Shown here piece after piece: positions 13,783 through 27,487 of a DNA stretch of 64,000 nt (positions within the stretch are counted from its first letter, which is position 1; each line of letters opens with the position of its first letter). The stretch covers positions 2,902,402 to 2,966,401 of the forward strand of contig NC_081398.1 of assembly GCF_030684315.1 (NCBI RefSeq), given 5' to 3'. This stretch comes from Stegostoma tigrinum (lineage: Eukaryota). The position numbers were made by a program, and so were the translations under genes. The notes under the pieces are model-generated. The model worked only from the letters and a program-made list of their open reading frames with translations, did no database searches and was not told where the DNA came from.

Positions 13783-13944
13783 CTGCGGAATCTCAAAAAG
13801 TGAATCTCAAAAGGGAACTTTAAAAATTATATTAATTGTGGTCATTTCTGGGATTAAAGATGAGGAACATTATTCAGACCACATACAGCAGGTCTTACTG
13901 TGGATCTAACTTATGCTCCACCCACCGTAAGACTGTTTAATAGA

Positions 13945-14190
13945 ACTGTCTAGAAGGGAGCTTTACTCTATATCTAAACATGTGCCGTACTGTCCTGGGG
14001 GTCTTTATAGACGGACCTTTACTCTGTATCTAACCTGTGCTGCATTTTCTAAATGAGAAAATGTGGATATAGTATTACTATTTAACCTACGCTTTATCTG
14101 CCCTCAATCTTTTGTAGGACAGCAGATAGGGAGCTACACTCTGTTTCTAAACCATGCTTTACTTCCCCTGGAATTTTGGTGGACAGTGTT
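13945..14190. repeat. Degenerate minisatellite (about 60-70 bp unit, agggagctttactctgtatctaacc-type)
   Basis: 3-4 diverged copies of ctttactct(a/g)tatctaa. Confidence 0.65.
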
Positions 14191-14427
14191 GTCAATATCT
14201 GGTCAATTGCATTGATAAGTTTCTCAATGATTTTATTTAAGGTTAAGAAGAAACAAGCGATGGCTATTAGTTATCTGAGCACATATATATGGGTCTGACC
14301 TGTGCCATACTTGACATTGAAAAGAAGATACTACTTAGATTTTTTGTTTTTTTTTAACTGACAGTATGTTATTGATTTTAAATGGATTTATGCAGTCTGT
14401 TTTAGATTTGGAAAGTCTGGTCATTTA

Positions 14428-14820
14428 TAGGGACAAAGAGTTCTTGTGGTACAAAAGTTTTGTCCCTACCTCTGAAACAGAAGGCTTGGGTTTAAGTCCC
14501 ACCTGCTCTAAAGGTGTGGCCTATCTCTGGACAGTTTAATGAGAAAATATCCATATATAGGGACCAGGAGCTCTTGCGGCACAGTGGCATTATCCCTACC
14601 TTGGAGCCATGAGGCTCAGGTTCAAATTGCACCAGTTCCAGAGGTGTGTAATATTATCACTGAGCATGTTGATTAAAACATAGATTGAAAATAAATATAT
14701 AGGGATTGGGGAAGTGGTGGTGCAGTGGTAATATCACTGGACCAGTAATTCAGGATAATGTCATGGGACAAGAGTTTGAATTCCACCGTGGTCGATGGTG
14801 AAATCTGAATTCAATTAAAA
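14428..14820 (+). mobile_element. Head-to-tail short tRNA-derived SINEs; similar units at 10765-11060, 15780-15830, 28360-28400, 36400-36490
   Basis: Two ~128-bp units (ataggga..cttgtggt/gc..ggttcaagtcccacc-like B box..gaggtgtg) followed by the head of another SINE. Confidence 0.7.
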
Positions 14821-14905
14821 CAAAATACATATACGGATCACCCAAGAAATGACGGGGTAAGCATGAGGAACTCAATAAACTCTTTCCACAAAATAAAAAG
14901 TATAC

Positions 14906-14957
14906 CAGTCTTCATCTCGATGTCCACAACTAGCTTGGGATCTATTAATGTGGGTAA
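14906..14957 (-). other. Candidate 52-bp exon
   Basis: Pyrimidine-rich acceptor ctttcatttccaatctgcacctttttaag, donor CTG|gtatac; reads LPTLIDPKLVVDIEMKT. Confidence 0.35.
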
Positions 14958-15294
14958 CTTAAAAAGGTGCAGATTGGAAATGAAAGATGGAATTTTACAT
15001 CCTTTTGTTAACTGTCAGTTGCATCAAGTTGTTCAGAGAGTTCTTGCACCAGAAGGCCATTTTCTCAATGTATCTTACCAAACTTACCTCATTGACTACC
15101 TAACCTACCTCCATTGGAATTCATCAATTCCAGCTCCATGTAACCATATTCTCAGAACCTTAACCTAGCTTGCTACTCAGTAGATAGTCAGCAAAAGCAT
15201 ACCTTGCATTTGCCTATTCTTTAGAAAGCCTCTGTGCATCTGGACAAGCACTGACATTCCAAAGCTGTCTCGCTTGGTTATGGACCTTTTCAGA

Positions 15295-15480
15295 AGATGT
15301 TGGAGAAGGAGAAGCTAGCTCCGTGATTCACCAACAAGAACCTGGAAATCCTGGTTGAGGGAATGGTGCAAAGTAGAGGACTGGCAGAAGAGGCCATGAC
15401 AGCTGGTCTGAGGTTGCAACCCAGATGAGTGCACAATGTACAGAAATGGCCAACGGTGCTGTAAGAACGCACCTGTTGTG
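15295..15480 (+). mobile_element. PIF/Harbinger Myb/SANT-like gene relic, first part; continues at about 24505-24790
   Basis: Broken frame KLAP*FTNKNLEILVEGMV..AWSEVATQMSAQ..RCCK resembles the Harbinger Myb-like domain; distal part follows a tttcag acceptor near 24508. Confidence 0.6.
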
Positions 15481-16141
15481 TTGTTGTTAGTTGATGGGAT
15501 GTAGGTGCCATTGGTAGGTCAGCATTTATTGTCCATCCCTAATTGCCCAGAGTCATATTGCTGTGGGTCTGGAGTCCGATGTGAACCAGATCAACTAAGT
15601 ACAGCAGAACCTTTATTTAAGAAGGAAAGAGACAAAGAAAAGCTAACGAAAGGCCAGTTAGCATAACACTTGTAATTGGGAAAATGTTAGAGCTATTATG
15701 AAATTGATGTACAGGTAGAGCATTTGGGAAATCATGCCCTGACTAATTGTCTAATGTTCTTTGAGGAGGTAACAGAACAGAGGTAGAGACAAACTATTGC
15801 ACCACAAGAACTCCTGATCCCTATGTATGACTAGATTTTCCAAATCTACATCAGACTGTATAAATCCATGTAAATGAATGACATACTGTAAGTGAAAAAA
15901 AAAGAAAATCTAAAAATCAAGACAGTAGCTTCTATTCAATGTCAGGAATGGTCAGGTCATATCCTTATAAATGTGCTCAGACATGCAAAATAGAAAAAGG
16001 GAAAGCAGCAGATGTAATAATTTTGAGTTTTCAGAAGTTGTTTGATAAGGACCCGCATGTTAGCCTACTTAGTAAGTTAAGAGCCGATGATGTTGGAGGT
16101 AGTATATTAGCTTGGTTAGAGGATGAACTAACTAACAGAAC

Positions 16142-16368
16142 TCAGCTTATAGTCCAACAGGTTTATTTGAAAACACAAGCTTTCGGAATCTTACTCCTCC
16201 TTCAGGTGTTAATGAGAGAGGTAGTATCAGACACAGAATTTATAAGTAAAAGTTCAAAGGGTCACACCACTGATGAGGATGTACTAAATAAGCATCTTGG
16301 ACTATAACTTGGTGTTGTGTGATTTCTGACCTTGTCCATCCCAGTCCAACGCTGGCACCTCCACATCA
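16142..16368. mobile_element. Short Penelope-type insertion (second family) with inverted ends inside a CR1 remnant
   Basis: ttatagtccaa..ttggactataa inverted ends; TSD-like aactaacagaac / aactaaaagaac; hammerhead-like motif on - at 16172-16210. Confidence 0.7.
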
Positions 16369-17289
16369 TAACTAAAAGAACACAGAGAGTTGGGATTAGG
16401 GGAATGTTTTCAAAATGGCACCTGTAAATAGTGATGTGCCACACAGATCAGTACTGGGGCCATAATTATGTGCAATATATGTGAATGACATGGATGAGGA
16501 AAGTGAACGTACCACAGTCAAGTTTGCAGGTGATACAAAACTCTGCAGAGGGATATAGACAAGATAAGTGAGCGGGTTAAAAAAAAACAAACTCGGCAGA
16601 TGGATAGATTATGCATTTAGCAGGAAGAATAGAAACCTGATTTTTATTTAATTAGAGAGACTGTGAAAAGCTACAAATAGAGGGATTTGGGAATTCTTGT
16701 CCAAGACTACAAAAAAAATCTAAATTCAGCAGTTAATATCAAAGGCAAATGCAATGTTGGCCTTTGTTTCAAAGGAGATGGAATATAGAAGTAGGGAGGT
16801 AGTTGCTAAAACAACACAAGAACCTGTCAGACCACAGCTGGAATACAATGAACAATTTTGGGTCCCTTTGGGCAGTCAGAGAAGCTTCACTAGACTGATG
16901 CCAGGTATGGAGGGACTGTCTTGTGAGGAGAGATTGAATATAGATTGGGCCTATACTCATTGGAATACAGAAGAATGAGAGGCGACTTTTTTTAATATAT
17001 TCACTCATGGAACATGGGCATCACTGACCTAGTTGCCCTTAAGGAAGTGGTGGTGAGCTGCCTCCTTGAACCGCTGCAGTCCATGTGCTGTACTTTAACC
17101 CACAATGCCCTCGGGGGGGGGGGGGGGAGCGGGGATGTGGGGGTGCTATTCCAGGATTGTAACCCAACGACAGTGAAGGAATTGTGATACAGTGATACAT
17201 TTTCAAGTCAGGATGGTCAGTGGCTCAAAGAGAAGCCCGCAGATAGTGGTGTTCCCATGTATCTGCTGCTCTTCTCCTTTTAGGTTCCT

Positions 17290-18090
17290 TTCCTGAGGCA
17301 GCAGGATATATAGATGGAACCAATGGATTAAGGACTGGTTAGGGTGATGGACTGGGCTGTGTTCACAGCTCTCTCGTTTGTGGTCTTAAGAAAAGCAGTT
17401 GCCATACCACACCGTAATGCATCCAGATAGGATGCTTTCTATGGTGCATCTATAAAAATTGGTAAGAGTGCTTGTGGGCATGCTGAATTTCCTTAGCCTC
17501 CTGAGGAAGTACAGATGTGGTTGTGTTTCCATAACTATCAAAGTGGGTAGACCAGGACAGACAGTTGGTGACCGTCACTCCCAGGAACTTGACACTCTCC
17601 ACCATCTCTACTTCAGCACCATTGATGCAAATGGGGTGTACTCCACTCCACTTCCTGAGGTCAGGTCTTTCATTTTGCTGACGTTGATGGAGAGATTACA
17701 GTCTTTACACCATACTGCTAAGCACGCAATCTCTTTTCTGTATTTTGTCTTATTGTTGTTTAAGATCTGACCTACAACGGTGAGGTTGTGAGCAAACTCG
17801 TAAATGGAGTTGGGGCAGAATTTGGCCATACAATCATGAGTCTATAATGTGAATGGACTTTGTAGGGCACTGGTGTTGAGGATTATGGTGGAAGAGATGT
17901 TGTTCCCCTATTCTTACTGAATGCAGTCTGTGGATCAGGAAGTTGAGGATCCATTAAAGATGGAGGAGTGGAGATGTAGGTCTCAGAGTTTGGAGATGAG
18001 TTTGTTTGGAATTATGATGTTGAATGTGGAGCTGTAGTCAATAAACAGGAGCATGTCATAGGCATCCTTGTTATCCAGATGTTCCATGGA
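17290..18090 (-). mobile_element. Rex1/Babar-type LINE remnant
   Basis: ORF 17608-17829 YRKEIACLAVWCKDCNLSINVSKMK. Confidence 0.75.
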
Positions 18091-19624
18091 TGAGTGTGAT
18101 GTTTATGTGGTGAGTCTCCAGCTGAGTTTCTGATCAATGGTAAACCCCAGGATGTTGATAGTGAGGAATTTGGTGATGGTGACACCCATGAATGTCAAGA
18201 AGCAGTGATTAGATTGTCTCTTACTGGAAATGGTCATTGCCTGGCATTTGTGTGGTGCAAATCTTACTCACTACTTGTCAACCCAAGACTGGATATTGTG
18301 CAAATCTCGTTGCATTTGAACATGGACTACTTCAGTATCTTAGGAGTCATGAATGGTGCTAAACATTGTGCAACTGTTCGTGAACATCCCCACATTTGAC
18401 CTTATGATAGACGGATTGCATTAATGAAGCAGCTGAAGATGGTCGGGCTGTAGGACACTACCTTGAGAACTCCCGCAGAGATGTACTGGAGCGGAGATAA
18501 TTGACCTCCAACTGGCATAACCATCTTCCTGTACACCAGGTATGATTCCAACCAGTGCAGAGTTTGCCCCCAGTATTCATCGATTCTAGTTTTATTAGGG
18601 CTTCTTGATGCAGCATGCAGTCGAACGCAATCTTGATGTCAAGGGCTATCACTCTAAACTTCTGTGGCTCATTTGTCCATGTTTCAACCATGGCTGTAAT
18701 GAGCCAAGTGGCCCTGGTGGAAGCCAGACAGGGCGTGGCTGAACTGGTGCTGCTTGATAGCACTGTTGATGACATCTTCCATGACTTTACTGTTGATTGA
18801 GATTAGACTGATGTGGTGGTAATTGACCACAATGGATTTGTCCCACTTTTTATCTAGTGGAAATATCTGGGCAATTTTCCACATTGTTGGGTAGATGTCA
18901 CTGTTGTAAATGTAGCAGAAAAAGCTCATCTAGAGGTGCAGCAAGTTGTGGAGCACAAGTCTTCAGTACTATTGCGGCAATGTTGTCAGGGCCCATAGTC
19001 TTTGCAGCATCCAGTGCCTCCAACCCTTTGTTGAAATCATATGGGATGAACTGAGTTGGCTGAAAACTGGCATCTGTGATGCTGGGGAACCATGGGAGGA
19101 GAAACATACAAGATTCTTTGGTGGCTCAACAAGTTAGAAGTTAGAGTTGTTTCCTCTTGTGAGGCAGTATAGGACCAGAGGGCATAATCTCAGAATAAGC
19201 AGTCACACATGAGCTGGATTTTTTGTCTCAAAGGCTTGAGAATCTGGAATTTTTAACCATGTAGAGGGCTGTCGATGCTGAATCACTGAGCATATTCGAG
19301 CAAGAGAGAGATTTTAATCAGGGAATCAAGAGCAAAGTGGAAAAGGCAGGGTTTTCACTTAAGGAATATCACATCAGCCATGATCTCATTGAATAGAAGA
19401 ACAGATTCGGTGGGCTGAGTGGCCTATTTCTGCTTTAATGTTTTGTTGTCTTATAATCTTACTTCCTTCCCTGAAGGATATTAATGGGCCAGACATGACT
19501 GCCACACCCTTATCTCTCCCAACCTACATTCACTAAGGCTCATTTTCTACCAGCATCACTGTTGCCAGCTCTCACGCCCCCTGACACTGCTTCCTTCTGC
19601 TAGGCCTGCATATTGGCACATCTG

Positions 19625-22600
19625 TGCACGTACTCTGACCAACTAGTTCAGAGCCAAGCCCCAGAATGAGGGGAATCCTTGAGATTCCTCCTTATATCTG
19701 TCAACCAGGACTCCCTGATTGGTCGGGTTAACAGCCCCAATCAGAAATCATACTTAACAAGATCCACCTGGCCAACCACATTTCAATCACGACATCTCTT
19801 TCCTGCTACCTAAGGCCATGGATGTAGGCCTGTTCTTTCTCTTGTAGCTTCTGAATGTTTTCCTTCCAAGTCCGGTTCCTTTGACTCTGGTTTGGACACA
19901 GGTAGTGTGTACCACACCGTAGCCCGTCTCTTGTGCCTGGAGCATCTTGGGATAAATTCCTTCTCTTCTTTAGTCAATAATGGTATCGAGGCTGCATTCA
20001 TGTCTGAGGTGTCTTTGATACTAGATGAGGGGTAACCCACGGTTTCTGATTGCCTTTCTGGCTTTTCTGAGGGACTAGGTATGTTTTGCTCCTGCTGCAT
20101 TTGTGAGGTAGCAGCTTTTATGTGATCCATGTTTCTTCAGGGCCAGCTCACCTACCCGAATTTTGTACATCTGTCACAGGACTTGACCTCACCTTATGCT
20201 CATGCAGGAACATTTCTGTGCTTTCAACTCTCTCACTTTGCGAAGACATGTGCCCAGTATTGGTGTTCCTGACGCTGTTTCACCCTCCTACCCAGGTTTG
20301 GGAATATCAGGTTTAATCTGGTGCGGAGTCTTCTCCCTATCAGCAAATCTGATGGAGCTATCCCTGTAGTTGCATGAGGATTGGTTCTGTAATCAAACAG
20401 GAACCGGCACCATTGGTGTAGGCTGTTTCTTGAGGCCTGCCTTCAATGTTTGGACTGATCTTTCTGTCAGACTATGGGACGATGGAAGGTATGGAGTTAT
20501 CCAAATGCCATTCAACTTTAAAAAATACTCAAATTTCCTGCTGGTAAATGATGTCCCATTGTCTGTGACCAATATTTCTGTATCGCGAACAATGCTCACA
20601 GATTTACAGTCATCATCTCTGAGTTTGACGAATGAACTCCATGCACATCCAACCATTTGAATGGGCATCCACAATGACGAAGGACATTGATCCCATGAAA
20701 GGACTGGCCAGTTGAATGAGTATTTACAATACTCATGGACAAGGATGGGAGTGGTCCTAAAGGAAGAGTTCTAAACTGGGGGAAGGCCAACTATACCAAG
20801 ATTCGGCAGGATCTGGGGAATGTGGATTGGGAGAAACTGTTTGAAGGTAAATCCACATTTGATATGTGGGAGGCTTTTAAAGAGAGGTTGATTAGCAGGA
20901 GAGACATGTTCCTATGAAAATGAGGAATAGAAAAGGCAAGATTAGGGAACCATGGATGATAAGTGAAATTGTGAGACTAGCCAAGAGGAAAAGGGAAGCA
21001 TACATGAGGTCTAAGCGACTGAAGACAGACGAAACTTTGGAAGAATATGGGGAATGTAGAGCGAATCTGAAACGAGGGATTAAGAGGGCTAAGAGAGGAC
21101 ATGAGATAATACTAGCAAACATTTTTAAGGAAAATCCCAAAGCCTTTTATTCATATATAAAGAGCAAAAGAGGGTAACTAGAGAAAGGATTAGCCCACTT
21201 GAGGACAAAGAAGGAAAGTTATGCACTGAGTCAGAGAAAATGGGTGACATTCTTAACGAGTACTTTGCATCGGTATTCACTAAGGAGAGGGACATGACAG
21301 ATGTTGAGGTTAGAGATATATCTTTGCTTATTCCAGGTCAAATTGACATAAGGAAGGAGGAAGTGTTGGGTATCCTAAAAGACATTAAGGTGGACAAGTC
21401 CCCTGGTCCGGATGGGATCTATCCCAGGTTATTCAGGGAAGCGAGAGAGGAAATAGCTGGGGCCTTAACAGATATCTCTGCAGCATCCTTAGACATGGGT
21501 GAGGTCCCGGAGGACTGGAGACTTGCTAATGTTGTCCTCTTGTTTAAGAAGGGTAGCAAGGATAATCCAGGTAATTATCAACCGGTGAGCCTGACGTCAG
21601 TGGTTGGGAAGCTACTGGAGAAGATACTGAGGGATAGGATCTATTTCCGTTTGCAAGAAAATGGGCTTATCAGTGATAGGCAACATGGTTTTGTGCAGGG
21701 AAGGTCATGTCTTACCAACTTAATAGAATTCTTTGAGGATGTGACAAAGTTGATTGATGAAGGAAAGCCTGTAGATGTCATATACATGGACTTCAGTAAG
21801 GCGCTTGATAAGATTCCCCATGGCAGGCTGATGGAGAAAGTGAAGTCACACTGGGTCCAGGGTGTGCTAGCTAGATGGATAAAAAAGCTGGCTAGGCAAC
21901 AGGAGACAGAGAGTAGTAGTAGAAGGGAGTTTCTCAAATTGGAGACCTGTGACTAGTGGTATTCCACAGGGGTCTGTGCTGGGACCAGTGTTTGTGATAT
22001 ACGTAAATGATTTGGAGGAAGGTGTAGGTGGTCTGATCAGCAAGTTTGCAGATGACACTAAGATTGGTGGACTAGCTGATAGTGAAGGGGACTGTCAGAG
22101 ATTACAGCAGAATGTAGATAGACTGGAGAGTTGGGCAGATAAATGGCAGATGGAGTTAAATCCGGGCAAATGCGAATTGATGCTTTTTGGAAGATCTAAT
22201 TCAAGGGCAAACTATACAGTAAATGGAAAAGTCTTAGGGAAAATTGATGAACAGAGAGATCTGGGTGTGCAGGTCCATTGTTCCCTGAAGATGACAACGT
22301 AGGTCAATAGGGTGGTCAAGAAGGCATATGGCATGCTTTCCTTCATTGGATGGGGTATTGAGTACAAGAGTTGGCAGGTCATGTTGCAGTTGTGTAAGAC
22401 TTTGGTTCGGCCACATTTAGAGTACTGTGTACATTACCAAAAGGATGTAGACGCTTTGGAGAGGGTGCAGAGGAGGTTCACCAGGATGTTGCCTGGTATG
22501 GAGGGTGCTAGCTATGAAGAGAGGTTGAGTACATTAGGATTATTTTCATTAGAAAGATGAAGATTGAGCGGGGACCTGATTGAGGTCTGCAAAATCATGA

Positions 22601-24456
22601 GGGGTATAGACAGGGTGGATAGCAAAAAGCTTTTTCCCAGAGTGGGGGACTCAATTACTAGGGGTCATGAGTTCAAAGTGAGAGGAGGAAAGTTTAAGGG
22701 AGATATGCGTGGAAAGTTCTTTACACAGAGGGTGGTGGGTGCCTGGAACGCATTGCCAGTGGAGGTGGTAGACGCAGACACATTAGCGTCTTTTAAATTT
22801 GGACAGGTACATGGATGGGCAGGGAACAAATGGACACAGACCCTTCGAAAATAGATGACAGGTTAGACAGAGGATCTTGATCAGCGCAGGCTTAGAGGGC
22901 CGAAGGGCCTGTTCCTGTGCTGTAATTTTCTTTGTTCTTTGTTTGTGGCAGGGTAAGATACTCCAGTCAGAACTTATCTGCTCATCAGTTTCCTTTCCTT
23001 CTCCTTTTTCTTTACTTTCCCCACTCTGCAGTACTTGCCCCACCGCCCCCCCCATCCAACTTTTAACTGTATCGCTACCTGAAGGAAGAAGTTGGGTTGC
23101 AACCAGAGATCATGCAGAGCTGAACACGTGGGCCGTGTACCGCAGTGGCAGTGGATCCAGTGTGAGCCAAAGCAATGGTAGCAGATCAAGCATGGACTGG
23201 AGGATCGAACATAGGCTGGAGGTGGTAGCAGATTAGCCAGTTTGGCGGCAGCTGTCTCAGTTCCTCCCAAGCCCAATTCTTGACAATCAATTCGGAGACC
23301 AGAGCGGGTCTTTCTCCCCTCCTGGGTGTCCTGCCATTGGGAGCATCAGCGTCAGTGGTGGGACTGGGCAGGACTCATGGACTGACCTAGATAGGCTGTA
23401 GCTGGGACTAGGTGCCTGCTTCGTGACTGAGCATTCCAGGCACATCTATGGAGATGAAGAAGGGCCTAGGCCCGAAACATCAGCCTTCCTGCTCCTTAGA
23501 TGCTGCTTGGCCTGCTGTGTTTATCCAGCTCCACACCATGTTATGTCCCATCTATGGAGATAGGACTTTGGCTTTTGAGATCTGAACCTTTTTTTTAACC
23601 TTTTGACTCGGTTACAAAACTGGAATTAAATATTTAACAAAGATGGCACCAGGAAGTGGCGACTATCTGTACTGTTCACTGTACGCATGTATTTCTATAC
23701 TTAGTATGTGTGACAATAAAAATCTAAATCAAGATCATAGTTAATGTGTAACTGATTTCAGGGATATCTGGCCATTCCTATGAATGTTCAGATCTGTTCA
23801 GATTTTTGTCCTGTTGGCGCTCTGGACACTGCCCCATGAACGCTGCTATGTCGCCATCCAATCCTGGCCACCAGACATAACTTCTTGCCAACATTTTCAT
23901 TTTGGAAACTCCTGAATGACTGTGGTGGAGTTCAGCTTGGACCTGGTGGCGACCTATGTTCCGGACAATCTCTCTTGCTCCCCATAATAATATGCTGTCC
24001 TCTAAGCTAATCTAGTCACACTGGGTGCAGAGAGGTTTAAAGTCTTGTTATGATGCTTCCTTCGCTTTCCAGCCTCCTGATTTCTCTCTCTGCTGTTGCA
24101 CATAAGGACTGGGTGGGCCTTGTCAATGTACAAAGTGGTTTGGTACCTTTGATAGTCCCTAGACCTTTTGAAAAATGTCTGGGTATTTAATTCACTCTGG
24201 CAGCTATCTTCTAATCAGAAAATTTTGAGTGAATCAAGTTGAATGTTCCCCAACCAATTCCACCCCATCAAACTTGAGCCAAAGTGGTAATCAGTGGTAG
24301 TTGCATGGACTGCTTCTCATAGGAAACCAGAACCAAAGTTAGACTCCTGTTTATATCTATCAGCCAGACCTTTCTGATTGGCCTAGGTTAGCTACCCCAA
24401 TCGGGGATCTCCTACTCAATGAAATCCATCTGGTAAACCTTGTTCCAATCACTTCA
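19625..24456 (-). mobile_element. Internally deleted Gypsy LTR retrotransposon, integrase split by a 3-kb insert
   Basis: Integrase core TDNGTSFTS..ERSVQTLK (20393-20674); zinc-finger region ELHHSHSGVSKMKMLARSYVWWPGLD at about 23800-23940; related LTR pieces at about 19625-19794 (PPT adjacent) and 24345-24456. Confidence 0.8.
20713..22940 (+). mobile_element. 5'-truncated CR1 LINE inserted in the Gypsy integrase
   Basis: ORFs 21240-21956, 21949-22302, 22312-22854 with KSPGPDGIYP, QHGFVQGRSCLTNL, FADD; few stops/frameshifts. Confidence 0.92.
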
Positions 24457-27149
24457 GCTGTGCGATCAATTTTCATCACATTCAATTCCTCCTTTCCTCT
24501 TATTTCAGAAGAAACAACCCATTACAGGTCAGAGAGAGCCCTTTGGATGGATGAGAGATAATGGGAACTGCAGATGCTGGAGAATCCACGATAACAAAGT
24601 GTGGAGCTGGATGAACACAGAAGGCCAAGCAGCATCTTAGGAGCACAAAAACTGATGTTTTGTGCCTAGACCCTTCATCAGAAAAGATGGATGTCCAACT
24701 TTATGTTCCTCACTGCTATGAGGAAAGATCCTGGCCTTTGTAGGAGAAGATCAGGACTGCTCCTGTGGGGATGCTGAGACACTCATGTCCGGCCAGCTGA
24801 ATAAATTCTTCATTCCATTCAAGCTGTCACAGTAACCCCAATGTCAGTGTCATTCATTGCACAACACTTCTAACCACTGGCCATGATGTCTCCCCTCTCT
24901 CTTATCTTGCAGGTACTGTTGGCATCTCCATTGTCTCCATGGTGAAATGGCACACTCTGCCAGAATGCATCTCCTTGAAGACAAGAAAGTACCAAGGCTT
25001 CAGGAATCATCGGCAAGGATGCCTCTTGCACCCACCACCAGCTCAGTTACTGACCACTGAGTGAGAATGTTAGGTTTTGAATGTGTAGGACTAAAATCTA
25101 GTGAGCAATCATTGTGACAACTCTGCAGCTTTCTTTTTTTCTTTACTCATTCATGGGATGAGGGCATCACTGGCTAGGCCAACATTTATTGCCCATCCCT
25201 AATTGCACCAGAGGTCAGTTAAGAGACAACCATGTTGCTGTGACTCTGGAGTCACATGTACGCCAAATCAGGTAAGGATAGCAGTTTCCTTCATGAAAGG
25301 ATATCAGTGATTCAGATGGGTTTTTCCAATAATCGTCAATGGATTCACGGTCATCATTAGGCTCTCAATTCCAGCTATTTATTGAATTCAAATTCCACCA
25401 TCTGACGTGGTGGGATTTGAAGCCCGGTCCCCAAAACATCACCTGGGTCTCTGGATTAATAGTCCAGCGATAATACCACTAGGTTATTGCCTTCCCCAGA
25501 GGAAGAAATGGCCCAGGTCACTAGCATTTGGAGGACTGTTGAGACTGGCCATCTGTTCAGCCCAGGCAGGCAAGGTCCTCATAGTGGTGGCAATCAGGAG
25601 CTCTGTCCACATGCACAGGGAGGAACAAGAGGGGCTGACATGTATGTGGGACACAATTACACTTATTGCCCAAAGCGTAGGAACATTGGAAGATGGGAAC
25701 TGAAGAGAGCCGTTCAGCCCATTGAACCCGCCCTGCCATTCTATGTAATCATGGGCTCATTGGAGACTGAAGTACCTTTTACCTGCTCCCATCCCATAAG
25801 CCTGTGTGCCAGAAGTTGTAGTAGTGCACTGAGCCATGTGATCCTCTGGCTGACTCCATGGACAGTGTTGGTAGCTACAATGAACAGCTGGGTCTGCTGC
25901 TGAGACACATACACCTGCACTCCATTGGACCAAAGGAAAGTTGACAGAGGGTTGACAAACCCAGCGCACACTTGAGGTACCCCTTCTTCACAAGAGGATG
26001 AAATCCCACACAGCCCACTCAAAGGTCTCTGCTCAACACACTCAAGAAATGGCCACGCCTTTCTCCTCCACCCTCCCAGCCCCCCTCTCACCCTTAGAAG
26101 ATCAAACTAAGGAGGATTGAGTTTCCTGTGACAAGAAGACATTTGGTGAGTCTGGACTACCTACACACTAAGGCCTACAGGGTCACCAGAACAAATCTCC
26201 AGGGCCAATGGGCTCCTTTACTGAGCAGTGTGCTTCACCTTGGCTGCAAACCAGAGAGTACAGTCAGATGTAGCAGAGAGACAGAAAGAAGAAACCAATT
26301 GGAAGAACTTTGGTGGCCTGGGTGACAATGCACTATACATTATTTATTCCATTTTACATAAATGTCAGTGCTCTAACCTTGCACTTGGTTATTTGTCTCC
26401 CTCTGTAGTCTGAAACGTAACTATTCCTACATGGGACAGAACCCCTTTGCCACGTAGGGGGCTACAATTGTAAAGGGGGCAACAGTATCTACAAGGGGGG
26501 AATACAGTAAAGCATGGATTGGAAGAGGTTCATTCCAGAGAGGTGGGGTTCATTCTCAATCATTTGGTGTTTGAGAGAAATCCAGAAATGTCTTTTGTAA
26601 TGAATGATCATCCCTACCTTGGGAAAGTACTACAATTAGCTTTATTGTGTTTTCTCTGAGCATCTGAAAACTCAGTATGCAGAAAGAAGGGCATACGTTA
26701 AGGCTGAGGTTACAGAAGAAATCAGTGAGCCTTGCAGCGTTTTAAAATAGAAATCCCGGAGACTTGGTATATACCATACAGAGGGGCAGAAAAGGTGGAA
26801 AAGTCTGGATAAAGTTGTGGGTTGTGATGAGAAAGCTGATCATTTTTACACTGTGGCAATCGAACTGTTAGGATATATTCCTCAAGGTTAGTTCTGAAGA
26901 AGGGTCACAGAACCCGAAACATTGACTGTGTTTTCTCTCCAGAAATGCTGCCAGACATGCTGAGTTTCTAGATCAATTTCTGTTCTTGTTTGTTTCAGAT
27001 CTCCAACATCTGCAGTCCTAACCCTATCCCTCGCACATAAAAGAGACAGTAGTGAGGAGCAGACTATGGCAGATAAAGGGCTCACTGAATGCAGACACAG
27101 TGATATTGATGGATGGGATATGGGTACTTTTCCCAGAGGGCAGTTTTCT

Positions 27150-27487
27150 TTATTCATTCATGGGTTGAGGGCGTTGCTGGCTAGGCAGCATTTATTGCCC
27201 TTCCCTAAATGCCCAGTGGACAGTTAAGTGTCAACCACGTTGCTGTGGGTCTGGAGTCACAGGTAAGGATGGTAGTTTCCTTCCCTAAAGGACATTAGTG
27301 AAGCAGATGGGTTTTTCCAACAATCGACAATGGATTCATAGTCATCATTAGACTTAATTCCAGATACTTATTGAATTCAAATTCCACCATCTGCCGTGGT
27401 GGGATTCGAACCCAGGTTCCCAGAACATCACCTGGGTCTCTAGATTAACATTCCAGTGATAATACCACTAGGCCATTGCCTCCCCTA
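27150..27487 (-). mobile_element. tRNA-derived SINE (~340 bp); other copies 25135-25497 (-), 28795-29130 (+), 52965-53305 (+)
   Basis: A box tggcctagtgg and B box ggttcgaatccc; 3' tail ggcaataaatgctg shared with the second LINE family (e.g. near 60060). Confidence 0.85.

Noticed and set aside
14428-14820. tRNA genes or CRISPR-like array
   Set aside because: A/B boxes belong to decayed SINE heads without cloverleaf; eukaryotic context and no repeat-spacer structure
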